NCBI GenBank assembly: GCA_023511585.1
Contig: JAIMBF010000003.1
Coordinates: 6,537-70,536, forward strand
Length of the DNA: 64,000 nucleotides
Source of the DNA: Terriglobia bacterium
GTDB taxonomy: Bacteria; Pseudomonadota; Alphaproteobacteria; Acetobacterales; Acetobacteraceae
Direction: 5' to 3'
Within the stretch, counting starts at the first letter, position 1; each line of letters opens with the position of its first letter. Below, piece by piece: positions 46,095-55,079 of the stretch. A model generated the notes under the pieces. It made no database searches and was not told the origin of the DNA. It saw only the letters and a program-made list of their open reading frames with translations. The translations under genes were made by a program, and so were the position numbers.

Positions 46095-49000
46095 GTGTTT
46101 CCTGCGATCCGGATCGAAGGCGGCCTGCTCGGGCCGGACACTTTGGACCAGCTCTTGGCGGGGGAGCTCGAGGGCCAAAATCCGGGCGATTTCGGCCTCG
46201 CTGGCCGACGAACGCTCACCGATGAAATCGCCGGCGTGTTTGCCGACGCCCGCGCCCAATGGCAGGTGTTCCAGCATCGGCGGGAGCGTCTGCCCGACGC
46301 CGACCAAGCCACCTCGGTCACGCGCGATGCGTGGATGATCCCCTTCCTCAGTTTCCTGGATTACAAGCTTTTCTATAACACGCGGGCCTACGTGGTGGAT
46401 GGCGCGACATTCGCCATCTCCCACCGGGCAGGAGACGCCGAAGACGCCCCGCCGGTGCACATCGTCGGCGCCCAGCAAGAGCTGGGGCGCCTCGCGCCCA
46501 CCGGGCGGCCCAGGCTCGCCCCGCACTCCCTCGTCCAAGAATACCTCAACCGCAGCGAACAACTCTGGGGCATCGTCACCAACGGTCTGACCATCCGGCT
46601 GCTGCGGAACAGCACCTACATCCGCCGTCAAGCCTATGTCGAGTTCGACCTGCGGCAGATCCTCGAGGAGCAACTCTTTCCCGATTTCTCGGTCCTCTAC
46701 CGTTTGCTTCACCGCTCGCGCCTGCCGCGCACGGCAAACGATGCCGGCGACTGCCTTCTGGAGCGGTACCATCGGCACGCGCTTGAGCAAGGCGGGCGCG
46801 TGCGCGAGGGCCTTCGCGACGGTGTGGAAAAATGTCTCACGCAGCTTGCCGAAGGCTTTCTGGCACACCCCAAAAACCAGAAGCTCCGCGCGCAGGTCTT
46901 GCCGAGCGGCAGTGAACCCGAGCGTTTGCCGGCGGAGGAACTCTACCGACAGCTCCTGCACCTCGTTTACCGTTTCCTGTTCCTCTTGGTGTCCGAGGAT
47001 CGGGGCCTGGTGAGCCCCGACCCACTCTATCGCGAACACTATGGCGTGGCTCGGCTGCGGCAACTGCTCGACCGCCGCAGCGCCTACACCGACTACGACG
47101 ACCTCTGGTGCAGCCTGCAGGTGCTCTGGAAAGCGCTCTCGGACGAGAAGCTGGCTCGATGCTTGGGCGCCACCCCCCTCAACAGCGAGCTCTTCGCGCC
47201 GATCGCGTTCGATCACTGTACGATCGCGAACCGGGACCTGCTCGAGGCCTTCCGGCACCTGACGTATTATCAAGAAAGCCAATCCCAGCCGCCGCGGCGC
47301 GTCAACTACGCCGCTTTGGATGTCGAAGAGCTCGGTTCGGTCTACGAAAGCCTGCTCGATCATCACGCGCAGATTGAAGAACCACACGAGCCGAACAATG
47401 TGCCGCGGTTTAAGCTGGCTTCCGGCTCCGAGCGCAAATCCACGGGCTCGTACTACACGCCGCCCGAACTCGTGGCCGAACTCATCCGCTCGGCATTGGA
47501 ACCGGTTTTGGAGGAGCGGCTGAAGCACGCGAAGAGTGGCGAAGAAAAGGCGCAGGCGATCCTCTCCCTGCGTGTCCTCGATCCCGCTTGCGGTTCCGGC
47601 CACTTTCTGCTCGCCGCCGCGCGCCGTCTCGGCAAGGAGCTTGCCAAAATCCGCACCGGCGAAGCCGAACCCGCCCCCGAGCGGGTGCGCGAAGCGATCC
47701 GCGAAGTGGTTGCGCGGTGCATCTATGGCGTGGACAAAAACCCCCTTGCCGTCGAGCTTGCCAAGGTCGCGCTTTGGATCGAGACCGTTGAGCCCAGCAA
47801 GCCGCTCACCTTCCTTAACCATCACATTCAATGCGGCGACAGCCTGGTGGGCGTCCTCGATCCCAAGATTCTGGCAAAACCCATCCCGGATGAGGCTTAT
47901 AAACCCTTGACCGGCGACGATAAGGAGATTTGCAACGCTCTCAAGAAACGGAACCGCGACGCCGAGGACCGCGTCCGCCAAGGCGATCTGCTCGATCGCG
48001 AGGCAGCCTTACGCGACCGGGCGCTCGCGGTATCGCTCAACGATATGCCGGAAGAGAGCCTTGCCGACATCGCGGCCAAGCGCGAGCGCTGGCAGCGCCT
48101 GCACCAAGATCCCCACTACGTGCGCGAAAAGTACCGCGCGGATCTCTTTACGGCCGCCTTCTTTGCGCCCAAGACTCGCGCCACCGCGGAAAAAGTGCCG
48201 GTCACGGAAGACCTCCTCTCCCTCGCGGAAGAACAGACTTCGCGCCCGGGGGTGATCGCGTATGCCGCGGAATTGGCCGCCCAGCATCGTTTCTTCCACT
48301 GGCATCTCGCTTTTCCGGAAATCATGGAGAAGGGAGGATTCGATGTCGTGCTCGGCAACCCGCCATGGGAGCGGATAAAATTACAGGAACAGGAGTTTTT
48401 CGCTAGCCGCAGCCGCGATATCGCGCGGGCAGCCAATAAGGCAGCGCGTGACAAGTTGATCAAGGATCTTGGGCGTTCAGACGCACGCCCGGACGAAAAG
48501 GCACTGCTGCTGGCCTTCGAAGAGGCGAAGCGGGGGGCCGAAGCCGCCAGCCAGTTCATCCGCACCGGCGGCCGCTACCCGCTCACCGGCACCGGCGACG
48601 TCAACACCTATGCGGTGTTCGCCGAAACGTTCTTGAATCTCATCAATCCGCACGGCCGCGCGGGATTTATTGTCCCGACGGGAATTGCCACCGACAATTC
48701 CACCAAAGCATTTTTTGAGTTCGTCTCGACCGAGCGACGGCTTGCGAGTTTGTTCGATTTCGAAAATAGGAAGCCGTTATTCCAGGCGGTGGACAGCCGC
48801 ATGAAGTTCTGCCTGCTGACATTGGGCACCGATATCCCACAGGCCGACTTTGTTTTCTTTGCCACCAACGTCAAGCAACTCGCCGATAGCCGTCGGCGCT
48901 TCATGCTCTCTCCGGAAGACATCCTCCGCATCAACCCCAACACGCGCACCGCGCCGGTGTTTCGCTCCCAGGCCGATGCGGAGCTCACCAAAAAGATCAA

Positions 49001-50003
49001 CGCCCGCGTGCCGGTGCTGGTCGATGAAAGCAAGGGCAAGGACGGCAACCCCTGGGGCATCAGCTTTATGGCTATGTTTCATATGTCGAATGACAGCGGG
49101 CGGTTCCGCAGTGCGGCGCAACTCGAGGCGACGGGCGCACGGCGTGAAGGCGTGAACTGGGTCGAGCCGTCAGGACAGATTTGGGTGCCGCTCTACGAAG
49201 CGAAGATGATCCACCAGTTCGATCATCGCTGGGCGACCTACGAGACCGACGGAGAAACCTCCCGCGACGTGACCGAGCAGGAAAAGAAACGGGAGGATTT
49301 CGAGCCAAACCCCCGCTATTGGGTGCCGCAGCGGGAGGTGGAGGATCGGCTCCGCGCCAAAGGCTGGACGCGCGGCTGGCTGATGGGTTGGAGGGATATT
49401 ACCAACGCGACAAACGAGCGCACGGTGATCGCGGCGGCAGTGCCTAGGGTGGGGGTCAATCATAAAATCCCGTTGTTCATGACCGCGCACAAACCGTCAC
49501 TTGCTGCGGCTTTACCGGCCAACTTCAGCGCTCTGGTTTTGGACTACGTAGCACGGCAAAAAGTTGGAGGAACGTCGCTGACCTACTTTTATCTCAAGCA
49601 GTTCCCTGTCCTGCCGCCCTCCGCCTACGACCAAGAGGACCTAGATTTCATTATCCCTCGGGTGCTCGAACTTATTTATACCAGCCCGGCGATGAAGCCC
49701 TTCGCCAAGGATCTGGGCTACGACGGTCCGCCTTTCGCCTGGGATCCCGACCGCCGCGCTTGGCTCCGCGCCGAGCTCGATGCCTACTACGCGCGCCTCT
49801 ACGGCCTCACCCGCGACGAACTCCGCTATATCCTCGACCCATCGGACGTGAAGGGCTCCGATTATCCCTCGGAAACATTTCGCGTGCTGAAAGACAACGA
49901 AATCCGGCGCTATGGCGAATACCGCACCGCCCGCCTTACTCTCGCATGCTACGACGCCATGCAACAGGCCGAGCGCAGCAAGAGGCTACAGACAACCCCA
50001 TGA
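46095..50003 (+). CDS. Large gamma-class N6-adenine DNA methyltransferase (Eco57I/PglX/DrmMI-like)
   Basis: 1302 aa. GTG start 2 nt after the upstream stop. Has GSYYTPPELV, the SAM motif VLDPACGSGHFL (about 47580-47610) and catalytic NPPW (48357-48368). No nuclease motif was recognised. Confidence 0.85.
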   Translation: MFPAIRIEGGLLGPDTLDQLLAGELEGQNPGDFGLAGRRTLTDEIAGVFADARAQWQVFQHRRERLPDADQATSVTRDAWMIPFLSFLDYKLFYNTRAYVVDGATFAISHRAGDAEDAPPVHIVGAQQELGRLAPTGRPRLAPHSLVQEYLNRSEQLWGIVTNGLTIRLLRNSTYIRRQAYVEFDLRQILEEQLFPDFSVLYRLLHRSRLPRTANDAGDCLLERYHRHALEQGGRVREGLRDGVEKCLTQLAEGFLAHPKNQKLRAQVLPSGSEPERLPAEELYRQLLHLVYRFLFLLVSEDRGLVSPDPLYREHYGVARLRQLLDRRSAYTDYDDLWCSLQVLWKALSDEKLARCLGATPLNSELFAPIAFDHCTIANRDLLEAFRHLTYYQESQSQPPRRVNYAALDVEELGSVYESLLDHHAQIEEPHEPNNVPRFKLASGSERKSTGSYYTPPELVAELIRSALEPVLEERLKHAKSGEEKAQAILSLRVLDPACGSGHFLLAAARRLGKELAKIRTGEAEPAPERVREAIREVVARCIYGVDKNPLAVELAKVALWIETVEPSKPLTFLNHHIQCGDSLVGVLDPKILAKPIPDEAYKPLTGDDKEICNALKKRNRDAEDRVRQGDLLDREAALRDRALAVSLNDMPEESLADIAAKRERWQRLHQDPHYVREKYRADLFTAAFFAPKTRATAEKVPVTEDLLSLAEEQTSRPGVIAYAAELAAQHRFFHWHLAFPEIMEKGGFDVVLGNPPWERIKLQEQEFFASRSRDIARAANKAARDKLIKDLGRSDARPDEKALLLAFEEAKRGAEAASQFIRTGGRYPLTGTGDVNTYAVFAETFLNLINPHGRAGFIVPTGIATDNSTKAFFEFVSTERRLASLFDFENRKPLFQAVDSRMKFCLLTLGTDIPQADFVFFATNVKQLADSRRRFMLSPEDILRINPNTRTAPVFRSQADAELTKKINARVPVLVDESKGKDGNPWGISFMAMFHMSNDSGRFRSAAQLEATGARREGVNWVEPSGQIWVPLYEAKMIHQFDHRWATYETDGETSRDVTEQEKKREDFEPNPRYWVPQREVEDRLRAKGWTRGWLMGWRDITNATNERTVIAAAVPRVGVNHKIPLFMTAHKPSLAAALPANFSALVLDYVARQKVGGTSLTYFYLKQFPVLPPSAYDQEDLDFIIPRVLELIYTSPAMKPFAKDLGYDGPPFAWDPDRRAWLRAELDAYYARLYGLTRDELRYILDPSDVKGSDYPSETFRVLKDNEIRRYGEYRTARLTLACYDAMQQAERSKRLQTTP

Positions 50004-53000
50004 GCACGATTTTCGATCTGCGTGAGAGGGTTCTGAAAGATTACAGCGATTTCGTGCGCTCGTTCCTCTTGATCGCCGACGCGCGGGCACAGGAATTCGT
50101 CGATCGGGCACTGGCGGAGGAAAACCACTTATGGCCGGAGCCGCTGGTGCAACTCAGCCCCGCTTATGCGCCGGGCGCGACGGTGAACGAGCTTGCCCAA
50201 GACGGCCTGATCACGCAGCAGACCGCAAAAATCTTCCGTCACCCTGAGGGAAAGCCGTTTCGCCTGTATCGCCACCAGGAGGACGCTATCCGCAAAGCCC
50301 TTGCCGGGGAGAGCTTCGTAGTCACCTCGGGCACCGGCTCGGGCAAGAGTCTCTGCTATTTCCTCCCGATCATCGACAGCCTCATGCGGATGCCCGACAC
50401 CGGCGCGCGCACCTTTGCCCTGGTGGTCTATCCCATGAATGCGTTGGTCAACTCGCAGCATCAGGCCCTGACCGCGCTCCAACAGCGCTACGAGCAACAT
50501 TTCGGCGAGTCTTTTCCGGTGCGCTTCGCCAAGTATACGGGCGAGACGACCGATGCGGAACGGGAGATGATGCGGAACCAACCGCCGCAGGTGCTCCTCA
50601 CGAACTATGTCATGGCCGAGCTGCTCCTTGTGCGACCCGAGGATCGGCGCTTCCTCGATCGCGTCGATGACGGGCTGCGGTTTCTTGTCTTCGATGAGTT
50701 GCACACCTATCGGGGGCGCCAAGGAGCAGACGTGGCGATGCTGGTGCGTCGGATTAAAGAGCGCTGCGCCGCCGACGATCTCGTGCATATCGGCACCAGT
50801 GCCACCATGGTCGCGCAGCCGGGGGCAAGCGCCCTCGAACGGCGGCGGGTTGTGGCCGATTTCGCCACGCGTTTCTTCGGGCACGGCTTCACCCCCGAGC
50901 AAGTGATCGAAGAAACGCTCGCGCCCTTTACCGAAGGGGAATATCCGTCCCCTGAAGAGTTGAAAGCGGCGCTCTCGGCTCCGTTACCCTCCAAGGATCC
51001 GGCTGCATTCCGCCGCCATCCGCTGGTGCGCTGGATGGAGCGCGAACTGGGTTGGGAAGATGCCGAGGGCGGTCTCAAGAGACGTGTCCCGCGATCGCTT
51101 TCCGAAGTCGCGGGGAGACTGTCGGAACTCACGGGGGTTGCTCCCGCGCATTGTTTAGAAAGACTGCGCGAGACGCTCGTTCAGGGAAGCGAACTCCCGA
51201 AAGGGGGCGGCCATTACGTTCCGGCGTTCAAGCTCCATCAGTTCATCAGCCAAGGCCGGACCCTCTATGCCACCCTAGAGGATGCCGAGCAACGCGAGTT
51301 CTCGCTGGATGGCCAGCTTCAGGCGGGCGAGGGGAAGCTGTTCTTTCCGGTCAAATTCTGTCGGCAGTGCGGCCAGGATTACTATCACGTGGTACGGAGC
51401 GCTCGCCGCTATGACCCCCACCCCGTTGGTGTCGAGCTCGAGGAAGACGAAGAGAGCGAAGCAGGATATCTCATGCTGGCGCCGCGGGAGCAGGACTGGT
51501 CCGACGAGCAGCTCCCGGCAGAGTGGTACGGCAAGAACGGCAGGCTCGCATCCACCTGGAAGGACCGGGTACCCCGGCCTGTCTGGGTCTGCCCGGATGG
51601 GTCGGAGGCCACCGGGGCCGAGTGCCATGCGCGCAAGATGTGGTGGCAGCCGAAGCCGTTTACGCTATGCCTCGCCTGCGGGGAGTACTACACAGGGCGC
51701 GAACGTGAATTCGTCAAGCTCGCCTCGCTCTCCAGCGAAGGCCGTTCGAGCGCGACGACAATTCTGGCAAGTTCGCTCTTGCGCCACGCGGGTGCGACCC
51801 AGGTGGTGCGCAATAAGCTTTTGACCTTCACGGATAACCGTCAGGACGCTTCGCTCCAGGCAGGGCACTTCAACGATTTCGTGCAAGTGATGCTCCTGCG
51901 GGCGGCTCTCTATGCGTCACTCGAAAAAGCCAAGGAACTGACCTTCGATGCTATCGCCGCAAAGGTTGTAGAAGCCTCGGGCCTCAGGATTGCCGACATC
52001 GCCAAGAACGCCGAACTGGATCCGAAGTCGCCCGCTGCGCGGGAAGTCTGGAAACTCTTCACCGATCTTACCGAATACCGGTTGTACGAAGACCTGCGCC
52101 GTGGCTGGCGCGTGGTCCATCCCAACCTGGAGCAGGTGGGGCTTTTGCGGGTGGAGTATGTCGGCCTGGAAGAGCTGAGCAGGAGCCCAGATTTAGCAGC
52201 GATACATCCGTGGTTCGCGAAGAGCCGGCCCGAGGAATGCGCGGGCTTTCTCCGTGCCGTCTTGGATCAATTCCGGCGGAAACTGGCGATCCGGGCCCAG
52301 GTTCTGGAGGAGGAGTTTCAGCAGCGGCTCGCTCGTCGGTCGGCGCACCATCTCAATGAGTTCTGGGGCTTGGACCCAGCCTCAAACGAACTCCGCCAGG
52401 CTACGCGTTTCGTGCTCCCGGGCCCGTCGGGCCAGCCGCTGAAGGGCTTTAGCCTCGCGGAGCGGAGTTTGATCGGCCGGTTTCTCACAGCCAAGCTTAG
52501 CATCTTCGGGACCGCTTATCGCGAGGTTCTTGGCGGCCTTCTTGATCTCTTGGTGCGGCAAGGATTCCTCTTTCGCACCGAATCCGGTGACGGCCATAAG
52601 TCCTACCAGCTCGACGCAGCCTGCCTGCGCTGGTGTCTCGGCGATGGATCGGCGCCGCCCCCGGATCCGCTGTATTCCCGCCGCGCATCTCAAGCCGGCG
52701 ATGCGCAACTTCGCCGGGGCGTCAATCCGTTCTTCCAAAGCTTTTACAAGGTGCAACCCGCGAGCCTCGCTGCTCTGGAAGCCCGCGAGCACACCGCCCA
52801 GGTGGTCCAGCCCGGTGAGCGCGAACGCCGCGAACGCCGGTTTCGTTGGGGGGAGCAGGAGAGCGGGAAATCGGCCGAATTGGGGCGGCCGCTGCCGTAT
52901 CTCGTATGCTCGCCCACGATGGAATTGGGTGTGGACATCGCGGACCTGGACCTCGTGCACCTGCGCAATGTCCCGCCCACGCCGGCCAACTACGCCCAGC

Positions 53001-55075
53001 GCAGCGGCCGTGCCGGCCGTCAAGGCAAGCCCGGCTTGATCCTGGCTTACTGCGGCGCCCTCAACAGCCACGACCAGTACTTCTTTTCACGCCGTGCGGA
53101 CATGGTAGCCGGGAGCGTGCGTGCGCCCCGGCTCGATCTCGCCAATGAATCCTTACTTCGCGCCCATATTCACGCAGTCTGGCTGGCTCATATCCATCTC
53201 AGACTGGGCAATTCCGTTGAGGAAGTGATCGATACCGATAACGACAAGCTTCCGCTTCGGGAGGAGGTGGTCGCGAAAATCCAGCTCAGCGAAGCAGGTC
53301 GCGTGGAAATTCTGGAGCGGGTTCGCGAGAAGATCTTGGCCGCAGACCAAGCGAGGCTCGCTTCGAGCGGGTGGTTCTCCGAACTTTGGATCGAACAGGT
53401 TCTCGCGGAGGCACCACGCGCGTTCGACCGGGCCTTCGAGCGATGGCGGGAGCTTTACCGGGCAGCAAAGCGCCAGCTGAACGAAGCGCGCGGCGAAGAG
53501 GATCGGGCAAAGACTCATGAAGAACAGCAGAGGGCCAAAACACGGCAGGAGGAAGCCCGCCGGCAGTTGAACTTGCTTCTTCAAGTGGGCGTGACGCGGG
53601 AGGAGAGCGATTTCTACCCTTATCGCTATCTTGCCAGCGAAGGTTTCCTGCCCGGCTATAATTTTCCGGCGCTTCCCGTGCGCGCCTGGCTGCCGCGGGG
53701 TGAGGGAGAGTTCATCGCCCGGCCGCGCTTTCTGGCTATTCGCGAGTTTGCTCCGCAGAATTTCCTTTATCACGAAGGGGCGCAGTGGGAATCGTTTGCC
53801 TTCCAGGCGCCACCGGGGGGGCTGGACGAACGCAAGAGCCAAAAGCGGCTATGCAACACCTGCGGGGCGTTTTCGGAGCCGAAGCTCGATCTCTGCCCGG
53901 TTTGCGAAACGCGGTTTGATGGTGGGAACAGCGCACTCATTCTTGGGCTCGATATGCCGAACGTGCGGATGCAGCGGCGCGGCCGGATTACCGCCGACGA
54001 AGAGGAACGTCGACGACGGGGGTACAGGCTTGAGATCTGCTTCCAGTATGCATCCGAGGCCGCAGGCTACCGCATCCAGGAAGCCGATGTGGTGGTGAAC
54101 GACACGCCGGCCTTGCGCCTGATCTACGCGCCGGCCGCGACGGTTTTGTGCGTCAATCACGGCTGGCGGAGCGCAAATGCACCGGGATTCCTCGTGGATT
54201 TCGAGAGCGGAGAGGTTTTATCCTCGGAGGAAAGTGACAAGAGCCGAGAGAGGCGCCCGCGACGCCTAGAGCGCGTGAAGCTCTTCGTCCAGTCCACTCA
54301 GAACCTTCTGCGCCTTCGGGTGATTGACGCGGCGTGGGAGGGTACGCCCGATCGCGAGAAAAGCCTCTTATATGCGCTCAAGCGTGGCCTTGAGGAGGCT
54401 TTCCAGCTCGAAGAATCAGAGCTCGCGGCGGAGTGGATCGGCGAGGGCGAGCACCGGGCTATTCTTCTCTACGAGGCGGCCGAAGGTGGGGCCGGCGTGC
54501 TTCAGAGACTCGTCCAAGAACCCGACGCGTTGGCCCAAGCCGCCCGGTCGGCCCTCGATGTCTGTCATTTCGACGCGAAGGGCGACGACCGCAAGCCGGA
54601 CTGCCGCGCCGCGTGTTACGAGTGCCTCCTAAGCTTCGGGAACCAGCGAGAAGCTCTGTTTCTCAACCGCTACACGATTCGGGAATTCCTCTTGGCTCTG
54701 GCCGCAAGCCGCACCGAGCCGCGAAACACACCCCGATCGCGGGAAGACCATCTGGCCCGGTTGCGTTCATTGACGGACTCCCGCTCAGCGCTGGCGCGCC
54801 GCTTCCTGGATGTGCTCGCCGAGGGCGGCTACCGGCTGCCCGATGAGGCGCAAAAGTCGATCGCCGAGCCAGACTGCACTTTCGATTTCTTCTTCACGCC
54901 GAATGTGTGTGTCTTCTGCGATGGGGCAGCGCAAGACGAGCGTGCTCACGTCGTCCGGGATCGCGGATTACGGGACGAACTGCTACGGCGCGGATACCGG
55001 GTGGTCGTCATCCGCGGCAATCAGGACCTGAGAGAGCAAGTCCGTCAGTATCCGGAGATTTTTGGGGGTCATTGA
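50000..55075 (+). CDS. Giant DExH helicase fused to a Cys-rich DUF1998-like module and a C-terminal Vsr/DUF559-like domain (DrmA+DrmB-like / DruE-like)
   Basis: 1691 aa from ATG 50000 (ATGA overlap with the methylase stop). Helicase motifs: GTGSGKS (about 50330), DELH (about 50693), SAT, QRSGRAGRQG (about 53000). Cysteine pairs: CRQCG / CLACG, then CNTCG..CPVC (about 53850-53915) and CRAACYEC (about 54600). The tail reads FDFFF..VFCDG..H..D..R..L..GYRVVVIR. Confidence 0.85.
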   Translation: MSTIFDLRERVLKDYSDFVRSFLLIADARAQEFVDRALAEENHLWPEPLVQLSPAYAPGATVNELAQDGLITQQTAKIFRHPEGKPFRLYRHQEDAIRKALAGESFVVTSGTGSGKSLCYFLPIIDSLMRMPDTGARTFALVVYPMNALVNSQHQALTALQQRYEQHFGESFPVRFAKYTGETTDAEREMMRNQPPQVLLTNYVMAELLLVRPEDRRFLDRVDDGLRFLVFDELHTYRGRQGADVAMLVRRIKERCAADDLVHIGTSATMVAQPGASALERRRVVADFATRFFGHGFTPEQVIEETLAPFTEGEYPSPEELKAALSAPLPSKDPAAFRRHPLVRWMERELGWEDAEGGLKRRVPRSLSEVAGRLSELTGVAPAHCLERLRETLVQGSELPKGGGHYVPAFKLHQFISQGRTLYATLEDAEQREFSLDGQLQAGEGKLFFPVKFCRQCGQDYYHVVRSARRYDPHPVGVELEEDEESEAGYLMLAPREQDWSDEQLPAEWYGKNGRLASTWKDRVPRPVWVCPDGSEATGAECHARKMWWQPKPFTLCLACGEYYTGREREFVKLASLSSEGRSSATTILASSLLRHAGATQVVRNKLLTFTDNRQDASLQAGHFNDFVQVMLLRAALYASLEKAKELTFDAIAAKVVEASGLRIADIAKNAELDPKSPAAREVWKLFTDLTEYRLYEDLRRGWRVVHPNLEQVGLLRVEYVGLEELSRSPDLAAIHPWFAKSRPEECAGFLRAVLDQFRRKLAIRAQVLEEEFQQRLARRSAHHLNEFWGLDPASNELRQATRFVLPGPSGQPLKGFSLAERSLIGRFLTAKLSIFGTAYREVLGGLLDLLVRQGFLFRTESGDGHKSYQLDAACLRWCLGDGSAPPPDPLYSRRASQAGDAQLRRGVNPFFQSFYKVQPASLAALEAREHTAQVVQPGERERRERRFRWGEQESGKSAELGRPLPYLVCSPTMELGVDIADLDLVHLRNVPPTPANYAQRSGRAGRQGKPGLILAYCGALNSHDQYFFSRRADMVAGSVRAPRLDLANESLLRAHIHAVWLAHIHLRLGNSVEEVIDTDNDKLPLREEVVAKIQLSEAGRVEILERVREKILAADQARLASSGWFSELWIEQVLAEAPRAFDRAFERWRELYRAAKRQLNEARGEEDRAKTHEEQQRAKTRQEEARRQLNLLLQVGVTREESDFYPYRYLASEGFLPGYNFPALPVRAWLPRGEGEFIARPRFLAIREFAPQNFLYHEGAQWESFAFQAPPGGLDERKSQKRLCNTCGAFSEPKLDLCPVCETRFDGGNSALILGLDMPNVRMQRRGRITADEEERRRRGYRLEICFQYASEAAGYRIQEADVVVNDTPALRLIYAPAATVLCVNHGWRSANAPGFLVDFESGEVLSSEESDKSRERRPRRLERVKLFVQSTQNLLRLRVIDAAWEGTPDREKSLLYALKRGLEEAFQLEESELAAEWIGEGEHRAILLYEAAEGGAGVLQRLVQEPDALAQAARSALDVCHFDAKGDDRKPDCRAACYECLLSFGNQREALFLNRYTIREFLLALAASRTEPRNTPRSREDHLARLRSLTDSRSALARRFLDVLAEGGYRLPDEAQKSIAEPDCTFDFFFTPNVCVFCDGAAQDERAHVVRDRGLRDELLRRGYRVVVIRGNQDLREQVRQYPEIFGGH

Positions 55076-55079
55076 ACCG

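Noticed and set aside
45738-47981. 747-aa ORF on the minus strand across the SNF2/methylase genes
   Set aside because: It is antisense to two ORFs with clear catalytic motifs. Its translation is Arg/Gly/Ala-rich low-complexity typical of shadow frames in high-GC DNA, with no recognisable domain.
49760-49999. 80-codon N-terminal extension of the giant helicase ORF
   Set aside because: It lies inside the methylase coding region and is Arg/Pro-rich. ATG 50000 gives a helicase-typical N-terminus and a classic ATGA stop/start overlap.
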